Shown here piece after piece: positions 59,140 through 64,000 of a DNA stretch of 64,000 nt. Both the position numbers and the translations under genes were made by a program. Below the pieces are notes generated by a model. It was not told the DNA's origin. It worked only from the letters and a program-made list of their open reading frames with translations, and did no database searches. This DNA is from a virus: IMG/VR virus record IMGVR_UViG_3300025450_000020, positions 18,186-82,185 of that record; one strand, written 5' to 3'. How positions within the stretch are numbered: position 1 is the stretch's first letter; every line of letters starts with the position of its first letter.

Positions 59140-59453
59140 TGTCTAAAGTTTATGATGATTTATATCTTCATGCAGTAAATGCACCGTCTGGCTATAGAAT
59201 TTTAAATAAGTGTATGGACGTAGCAAGAATGCTTATTGATAAGAATATATCATACGGAGATTCTGCCATTTCTCCAAACAGAATCTTTGCACAATCAGAT
59301 AGTATTGAGCAGATCAAAGTTAGAATTGATGACAAGCTTAATAGAATTAAAAATAATCAGGGCTTTGCTGGCGATAATGATATTGATGATTTGATTGGTT
59401 ATTTAATCTTACTTAAAGTTGCCATTGACAAGAATGGGTATGAAGGAGTATAA
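59139..59453 (+). CDS. DUF1599 / nucleotide-modification-associated domain 1 protein
   Basis: KNISYGDS...RIDDKLNRI...DDLIGYLIL. Confidence 0.7.
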   Translation: MSKVYDDLYLHAVNAPSGYRILNKCMDVARMLIDKNISYGDSAISPNRIFAQSDSIEQIKVRIDDKLNRIKNNQGFAGDNDIDDLIGYLILLKVAIDKNGYEGV

Positions 59454-59454
59454 T
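59425..59454 (+). promoter_or_regulatory. Consensus sigma70 promoter for FmdB-terminase operon
   Basis: TTGACA-N18-TATAAT ending 5 nt before ATG 59460. Confidence 0.7.
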
Positions 59455-59459
59455 TAAGT

Positions 59460-59642
59460 ATGCCAAAATATGACTACACTTGTATTGAGTGTGATAGAAC
59501 AGAGGAAATAACTAGATCATTTTCTGATCCAGAAGTAATCCCGCCATGTCCAAGCTGTGGTTATAATATGACAAGAGTTTATACCCCTGCGGGGATTCAG
59601 TTCAAAGGATCAGGTTTCTATAAAACCGATAATGGCAGATAA
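59460..59642 (+). CDS. FmdB-family zinc-ribbon protein
   Basis: MPKYDYTCIEC...CPSCG...GIQFKGSGFYKTD. Confidence 0.85.
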   Translation: MPKYDYTCIECDRTEEITRSFSDPEVIPPCPSCGYNMTRVYTPAGIQFKGSGFYKTDNGR

Positions 59643-60162
59643 CGAGTTAGAAGTAGCTGGCAAATTTGACCAGATGAATAAAGTTGTTGAGGAGTTGCTA
59701 AAAGGTAGCACTCCTGCTTCAATTGCACGTACACTTGATTTGACTCGTGTTCAAGTTGATAGTCATATTCAAACTTGGAAAGAACTTGTTCAAGATAACA
59801 GTGCTATCAAAGCCCGTGCTAGAGAAGCTTTGGCGGGAGCAGATGAGCATTACAATATGCTTATTAAAGAAGCATGGCGTACAGTAGAGCAAGCAGATAT
59901 GCAAGATGCATTAAATGTAAAAGCCCAATCTCTTAAACTTATTGCTGATATTGAAGCTAAAAGAATTGATATGTTAAACAAGGCGGGAGTCTTGGAGAAC
60001 AATGATATGGCTGATCAAATTCTAGAATCAGAAAGAAAGCAAGAAGTCCTTATCAGTATTCTTAGAGATGTAACTTCATCTTGTGAACATTGCAAGTGGG
60101 AAGTATCAAGAAGATTGTCAGAAGTCACTGGGCAAGTAGAGGCAGTTGTAATAAGTGACTGA
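59632..60162 (+). CDS. Putative terminase small subunit (HTH)
   Basis: N-terminal HTH (KGSTPASIARTLDLTRVQV), helical body, overlaps terL start. Confidence 0.55.
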   Translation: MADNELEVAGKFDQMNKVVEELLKGSTPASIARTLDLTRVQVDSHIQTWKELVQDNSAIKARAREALAGADEHYNMLIKEAWRTVEQADMQDALNVKAQSLKLIADIEAKRIDMLNKAGVLENNDMADQILESERKQEVLISILRDVTSSCEHCKWEVSRRLSEVTGQVEAVVISD

Positions 60163-61996
60163 TTTTAATGTATTTTTAGATGCATTACAAGGTGATGAAT
60201 TTGATGAAACTCCAGCAACTTTGGAGCAATTTGTAACAGATAAAAAGTATTTGGGCCTTCCGCCATTGTCTGAATTACAATATACAATGATTAAAGCATC
60301 CACTCAAATCTACAAACGTGAAACATTACACAATATATATGGTGAAGTTGAAGGCGAAAAGATTTGGAAACAAACATGTAATGAAGTAATCCTGCAGCTG
60401 GGCAAGGGTTCTGGAAAAGACTATACATCTACTATTGCTTGTGCATATATGGTGCATTTGCTTTTATGTCTTGCAGATCCCGCCAGATATTTTGGTAAGC
60501 CACCAGGCGATGCTATTGATATTATTAACATTGCTATTAACGCTATTCAGGCTAACCGAGTTTTCTTTAAAGGATTTAATCAGCGTATTGAAAAGTCACC
60601 GTGGTTTCAGGGAAGATATGTCGCTAAAGCAAACATGGTTGAGTTTGATAAATCAGTTACAGTTCACTCAGGTCACTCAGAGCGTGAAGCATGGGAAGGT
60701 TATAACGTTCTTGTAGTTATTCTTGATGAGATCTCAGGATTTGAATTGCAATCAACTTCAGGTCATGAGCAAGCTAAAACTGCATCATCAATTTATAAGA
60801 TGTATCGTGCATCTGTCAACTCTCGTTTTCCAGACTTTGGAAAAGTAATTCTACTTTCATTCCCACGTTTTAAAAATGACTATATTCAGCAAAGATACAA
60901 CGAAGTTGTGGCGGAAAAGGAAACTGTTATTCGTCATAATAAATTTAAAGTAGATCCCGATCTTCCTGATGGAACTGATGGTAATGAATTTGAAATTGAA
61001 TGGGAAGAAGACCATATTGTTTCTTATAAAGTACCTAGGGTATATGCATTAAAGAGACCAACTTGGGATATTAACCCGACCCGTAAGATTGAAGATTTTA
61101 CAATTGACTTTTATACAGATCCAACAGATGCATTGTCTCGTTTTGCATGTATGCCACCAGACGCAACGGATGCATTCTTTAAAAATCGCTTAGTAATTGA
61201 AAAAGCATTTAGCAATCCTAAATTAAATGTTGATTCATATGGAAGATTTGATGATGATTTTGTTCCAAAAGAAGATGTTAAGTATTTTATGCATGTTGAC
61301 TTGGCACAAAAACATGACCATTGTGCAGTAGCATTAGCCCACGTTGACGGCTGGGTAACCATGAAGATTGGTGAAAATTTTAAGCAAGCAGCACCTAGAA
61401 TTGTAGTTGATGCAGTCAGATATTGGACACCAACAGCTTCTAAATCAGTTGATTTTACAGAAGTAAAAGATTATATTACAAGTGTGCGGGATAAAGGATT
61501 TAATCTTAAACTTGTTACATTTGACCGCTGGAACTCACACGATATGATGCAACAACTTGGTGTTCATGGTATTAAAACAGAAATTTTATCTGTAGCAAAA
61601 AAACATTATGAAGATATGTCTCTTACTTTAACTGAAGAGAGATTGCATGGTCCACATATTCAATTGTTGATTGATGAATTGCTTCAGCTACGTATTATGA
61701 AGGACAAGGTAGACCACCCTAGAAAAGGATCTAAAGACCTCTCAGACGCCGTTTGTGGAGCTGTATTCAATGCTATATCCTTGACACCACCAGATCAAGA
61801 TAAAGAAGTAGAAATCTATACTTATTCTGGTGTATTTGCGGGGGAATTGGCACAATTAAAGGCGGAATCGGATGCAAGAATGAAGAATACAATCCGTATG
61901 CCTGAAAGAAAAACAATGCCACAAGATATTAGAGATTTCTTTGATGATGAAGACGGGGAATACAAAGATATAGTTGACAACTTCAGAATACTATAG
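60155..61996 (+). CDS. terL: Terminase large subunit
   Basis: GKGSGKD Walker A, VILDE Walker B, HVDLAQKHD, FDRWNS, DHP.KGSKDLSDA nuclease motifs. Confidence 0.9.
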   Translation: MTDFNVFLDALQGDEFDETPATLEQFVTDKKYLGLPPLSELQYTMIKASTQIYKRETLHNIYGEVEGEKIWKQTCNEVILQLGKGSGKDYTSTIACAYMVHLLLCLADPARYFGKPPGDAIDIINIAINAIQANRVFFKGFNQRIEKSPWFQGRYVAKANMVEFDKSVTVHSGHSEREAWEGYNVLVVILDEISGFELQSTSGHEQAKTASSIYKMYRASVNSRFPDFGKVILLSFPRFKNDYIQQRYNEVVAEKETVIRHNKFKVDPDLPDGTDGNEFEIEWEEDHIVSYKVPRVYALKRPTWDINPTRKIEDFTIDFYTDPTDALSRFACMPPDATDAFFKNRLVIEKAFSNPKLNVDSYGRFDDDFVPKEDVKYFMHVDLAQKHDHCAVALAHVDGWVTMKIGENFKQAAPRIVVDAVRYWTPTASKSVDFTEVKDYITSVRDKGFNLKLVTFDRWNSHDMMQQLGVHGIKTEILSVAKKHYEDMSLTLTEERLHGPHIQLLIDELLQLRIMKDKVDHPRKGSKDLSDAVCGAVFNAISLTPPDQDKEVEIYTYSGVFAGELAQLKAESDARMKNTIRMPERKTMPQDIRDFFDDEDGEYKDIVDNFRIL

Positions 61997-62002
61997 TAAA
62001 CT
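61974..62002 (+). promoter_or_regulatory. Sigma70-type promoter
   Basis: TTGACA-N17-TAAACT. Confidence 0.5.
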
Positions 62003-62030
62003 GTCACCAACAACAAACAAAGGGTAATAA

Positions 62031-62318
62031 ATGTTAGCAAACGGAACGATTAAAACTATTGAAGATGAAGATGATATTTATATCAGTTTAACTGCACTTT
62101 GTGAATATTTTACAAAGTCTGTGGTTAGTATGAGAAGTGAAATTGATGCAGCAGATACAAAGCATAAGCGTTATGCTGCAGGATTATATGATATGATGCG
62201 TACTCTTGCAGAAGAAATGGTTGAGCTTGGAAAATTTGAAGCACAACGTCGCATGATTAATAGCCCTGAAGATTTATTGAAAATGATTGACAAGAACCCT
62301 TTCGGTAAGGTAGAATAG
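62031..62318 (+). CDS. Hypothetical protein
   Basis: 95 aa ORF after a promoter. Confidence 0.55.
   Translation: MLANGTIKTIEDEDDIYISLTALCEYFTKSVVSMRSEIDAADTKHKRYAAGLYDMMRTLAEEMVELGKFEAQRRMINSPEDLLKMIDKNPFGKVE
62287..62316 (+). promoter_or_regulatory. Promoter for tRNA-Asn/tRNA region
   Basis: TTGACA-N18-TAGAAT 10 nt upstream of tRNA-Asn. Confidence 0.65.
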
Positions 62319-62326
62319 GGTTACAA

Positions 62327-62400
62327 TGGTCTGTAGCACAATTGGCAGTTGCACTCCGCTGTTAACGGAGATGTTGTAAGTTCGAGTCTTACCAGACCAG
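62327..62400 (+). tRNA. tRNA-Asn(GTT)
   Basis: Acceptor TGGTCTG/CAGACCA, anticodon arm CTCCG-CT GTT AA-CGGAG, TTCGAGT loop. Confidence 0.9.
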
Positions 62401-62440
62401 CTAGATAAATTATTAACCAAACAAACATAGGAGTATAATT

Positions 62441-62689
62441 ATGAATATGATGGCGGAAAAGACAGAAGAAATTTCAGAACAAAAAGAATATATCTTAAAA
62501 GCCATTGATCGTTGTGATGCATGTGCAGCACAAGCTTATGTTTTGGTTAAAGGTGTCACAGGAGAATTAATGTTTTGTGGTCATCATTATCAAAAAAATG
62601 AAAAAGCATTAAAAGAATTTGCTTATGAAATTGTTGATGAGCGAGATAGGCTAATAGAAAATAAACTCATAGGTCAAGCTCACGTATAA
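62441..62689 (+). CDS. Small Cys/His zinc-binding protein
   Basis: DRCDACAAQAYV...LMFCGHH, a motif recalled from actinobacteria and actinophages. Confidence 0.65.
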   Translation: MNMMAEKTEEISEQKEYILKAIDRCDACAAQAYVLVKGVTGELMFCGHHYQKNEKALKEFAYEIVDERDRLIENKLIGQAHV

Positions 62690-62726
62690 TTTGTTATGAT
62701 GCAAAAATTATGATATAATATATATC

Positions 62727-63128
62727 ATGGAATGCGGAACTTATTCAGGATATATAACCCACGGCAAAAACAAGGAAAAACCTTGCAACGAGTGCAGGCT
62801 GGCAGCAAATAAGTATAGAAGAGAAAAAAGAAAATCGGATAATGAAAAGCTTGGGTATGACCCAAGAAGGTTTAGTAGGCATCATATAACAAAAGAGTAT
62901 TATGACAATATGATGTCAAAGCATGACGGAAAATGTTGGATTTGCAAAAAAGCAGAAGCTGTACATATAGACCATGACCATAATTGTTGTGAAGGCGGGT
63001 GGTCTTGTGGAAAATGTATAAGGGGTGTATTATGCAGTAATTGTAATACAGCAATAGGTCTTTTAAAAGACGATATAAATCTTTTAAAAGAAACAATTAA
63101 ATATTTAAAACAACTGACAGTATCCTAG
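62727..63128 (+). CDS. Endonuclease VII-like (His-Me finger) homing endonuclease
   Basis: CWIC...HIDHDHNCC...CIRGVLCSNCNTAIG; N-terminal CGTYSGY..H..PC..C. Confidence 0.85.
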   Translation: MECGTYSGYITHGKNKEKPCNECRLAANKYRREKRKSDNEKLGYDPRRFSRHHITKEYYDNMMSKHDGKCWICKKAEAVHIDHDHNCCEGGWSCGKCIRGVLCSNCNTAIGLLKDDINLLKETIKYLKQLTVS

Positions 63129-63191
63129 CCTGGTTTTGGAAGTACTCTTATAAGGTATGTATCGCTGGTTCAAATCCAGCCTGTCGGACCA
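63114..63191 (+). tRNA. tRNA-Ile(TAT)
   Basis: Acceptor CTGACAG/CTGTCGG, anticodon loop CT TAT AA, GCTGG-TTCAAAT-CCAGC, encoded A-CCA. Confidence 0.8.
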
Positions 63192-63194
63192 CAT

Positions 63195-63265
63195 TCCCGA
63201 TTCGTCTAACGGCAAGACCCCGCCCTTTGGAGGCGGTTATCGTGGTTCGAATCCATGATCGGGAG
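63195..63265 (+). tRNA. tRNA-Gln(TTG)
   Basis: TCCCGAT/ATCGGGA; CCGCC-CT TTG GA-GGCGG. Confidence 0.9.
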
Positions 63266-63268
63266 CTA

Positions 63269-63341
63269 GCACTAATGGCCCAACGGTAGAGGCGCTAGTC
63301 TTAGGAACTAGATGTTGTAGGTTCGAATCCTACTTGGTGCA
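63269..63341 (+). tRNA. tRNA-Leu(TAG), short variable arm
   Basis: GCACTAA/TTGGTGC; CTAGT-CT TAG GA-ACTAG; 5-nt variable loop; A73. Confidence 0.85.
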
Positions 63342-63347
63342 CAAAAG

Positions 63348-63420
63348 GCTCCTCTAGCCCAGCGGTAGAGGCATATCACTTAAAATGATAAAAGCGTTGG
63401 TTCGAATCCAACGAGGAGCA
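63348..63420 (+). tRNA. tRNA-Leu(TAA), short variable arm
   Basis: GCTCCTC/GAGGAGC; TATCA-CT TAA AA-TGATA; 5-nt variable loop; A73. Confidence 0.85.
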
Positions 63421-63423
63421 CTA

Positions 63424-63500
63424 GGTTATAGGTGGCACTTACTTAGGATGTTATAGTTACGTATACAAACTAACTGGGCAATCGCTCACCACCTATAACC
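63424..63500 (+). ncRNA. Putative structured non-tRNA RNA in tRNA array
   Basis: Perfect 12-bp closing stem GGTTATAGGTGG/CCACCTATAACC, internal hairpins, 3-nt spacers to the flanking tRNAs. Confidence 0.55.
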
Positions 63501-63503
63501 CCT

Positions 63504-63574
63504 GCGGATGTTGCATATTGGTAGTGCCTCTGCCTTCCAAGCAGAAGGGGTGAGTTCGATTCTCATCATCCGCT
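63504..63574 (+). tRNA. tRNA-Gly(TCC)
   Basis: GCGGATG/CATCCGC; TCTGC-CT TCC AA-GCAGA. Confidence 0.9.
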
Positions 63575-63577
63575 CTC

Positions 63578-63649
63578 GCCTCCCTAGCTCAGTGGTAGAG
63601 CATCCGCCTTGTAAGCGGAAGGTCGTCAGTTCAATCCTGACGGGGGGCT
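63578..63649 (+). tRNA. tRNA-Thr(TGT)
   Basis: GCCTCCC/GGGGGGC; TCCGC-CT TGT AA-GCGGA. Confidence 0.9.
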
Positions 63650-63650
63650 C

Positions 63651-63736
63651 GGAAAAATGGCAGAGTGGTCTATTGCAACGGTTTGCTAAATCGTCGTACG
63701 AAAGTACCGTAGGTTCGAATCCTACTTTTTCCGCCA
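63651..63736 (+). tRNA. tRNA-Ser(GCT)
   Basis: GGAAAAA/TTTTTCC; anticodon GCT; long variable arm GTAC-GAAA-GTAC; G-CCA. Confidence 0.9.
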
Positions 63737-63737
63737 C

Positions 63738-63817
63738 GGTGTATAAGCCCCAAGGTGGGGCAGTGGACTGTAAATCCGCCGTCAACGACATGCTTGGTTC
63801 GATTCCAAGATACACCA
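63738..63817 (+). tRNA. tRNA-Tyr(GTA)
   Basis: GGTGTAT/ATACACC; GTGGA-CT GTA AA-TCCGC; long variable arm. Confidence 0.9.
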
Positions 63818-63841
63818 CAATTAATGTATAATTAACTTATC

Positions 63842-64000
63842 ATGACAGATGCACATAAGCAAACATTAAATCTTCATTTAATTACATCAATTCCAGATCA
63901 TGCTCCACGAAAAAATGATCCATATTACAAATATTTTATACAGGCAAAAGCTCGTATAAAAAAGACGGGAATGTGGAAGTGTATAATTGATGATGATTTA
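63842..64000 (+). CDS. Hypothetical protein, 3'-truncated
   Basis: ATG 63842 after TATAAT; open to the window end (MTDAHKQTLNLHLITSIPDHAPRKNDPYY...). Confidence 0.55.
   Translation, partial: MTDAHKQTLNLHLITSIPDHAPRKNDPYYKYFIQAKARIKKTGMWKCIIDDDL

Noticed and set aside
49801-61996. Inteins or introns in DnaE, RecA or TerL
   Set aside because: Lengths are normal, motifs contiguous, and no intein splice signatures were seen.
380-63096. Numerous minus-strand and alternate-frame ORFs in the track
   Set aside because: Shadows of biased + strand genes; no SDs, promoters or recognisable motifs.
63424-63500. HDV-like (theta), pistol, twister or hammerhead ribozyme assignment
   Set aside because: Tried by hand: P3/P1.1 of HDV, the GCG and cleavage-site GU of pistol, and the CUGAUGA/GAAA hammerhead core are missing; only partial resemblance.
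63486-63831. ORFs 63486-63818 (-) and 63508-63831 (+)
   Set aside because: They overlap four well-formed tRNA genes; spurious.
1-64000. Stop-codon reassignment
   Set aside because: Long genes are intact in the standard code, all three stops are used, and no suppressor anticodon (CTA, TCA, TTA) is present; the TAG and TAA anticodons read Leu codons.

Overview
64 kb of a large lytic siphovirus genome. It is AT-rich (roughly 37-40% GC by eye) and essentially all real genes lie on the + strand. The host is probably an actinobacterium, an inference from the gene set and order (resembling large Streptomyces BE/BK-type and freshwater actinophages) and from many leaderless extended -10 promoters. 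Order: (1) 1-12.3 kb, an array of virion fibre/adhesin genes with at least seven glycine-rich proteins, partly organised as a repeated three-gene A-B-C cassette; (2) LamG-like protein, portal, an inserted CHAP endolysin/holin pair, protease-scaffold, major capsid; (3) neck, tail tube, tail chaperone with a CCCAAAC -1 frameshift, tape measure, baseplate and fibre genes including a 14-Cys insertion; (4) a replication/recombination block (DnaB, primase, SSB, DnaE, RecA, Hjc-like, Cas4-like, RuvC-like); (5) a glycosyltransferase/nucleotidyltransferase/DUF1599 trio; (6) the terminase operon; (7) a tRNA cluster of 9 tRNAs. The most notable unexplained signals are a genome-wide over-represented GGCGGG(R)/CCCGCC motif, a 77-nt structured non-tRNA element occupying a slot in the tRNA array, the modular and shuffled glycine-rich adhesin cassettes, and a Cys-rich fibre insertion next to a Cys-rich partner gene. 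All calls come from motif reading only; no searches were run and counts are manual.
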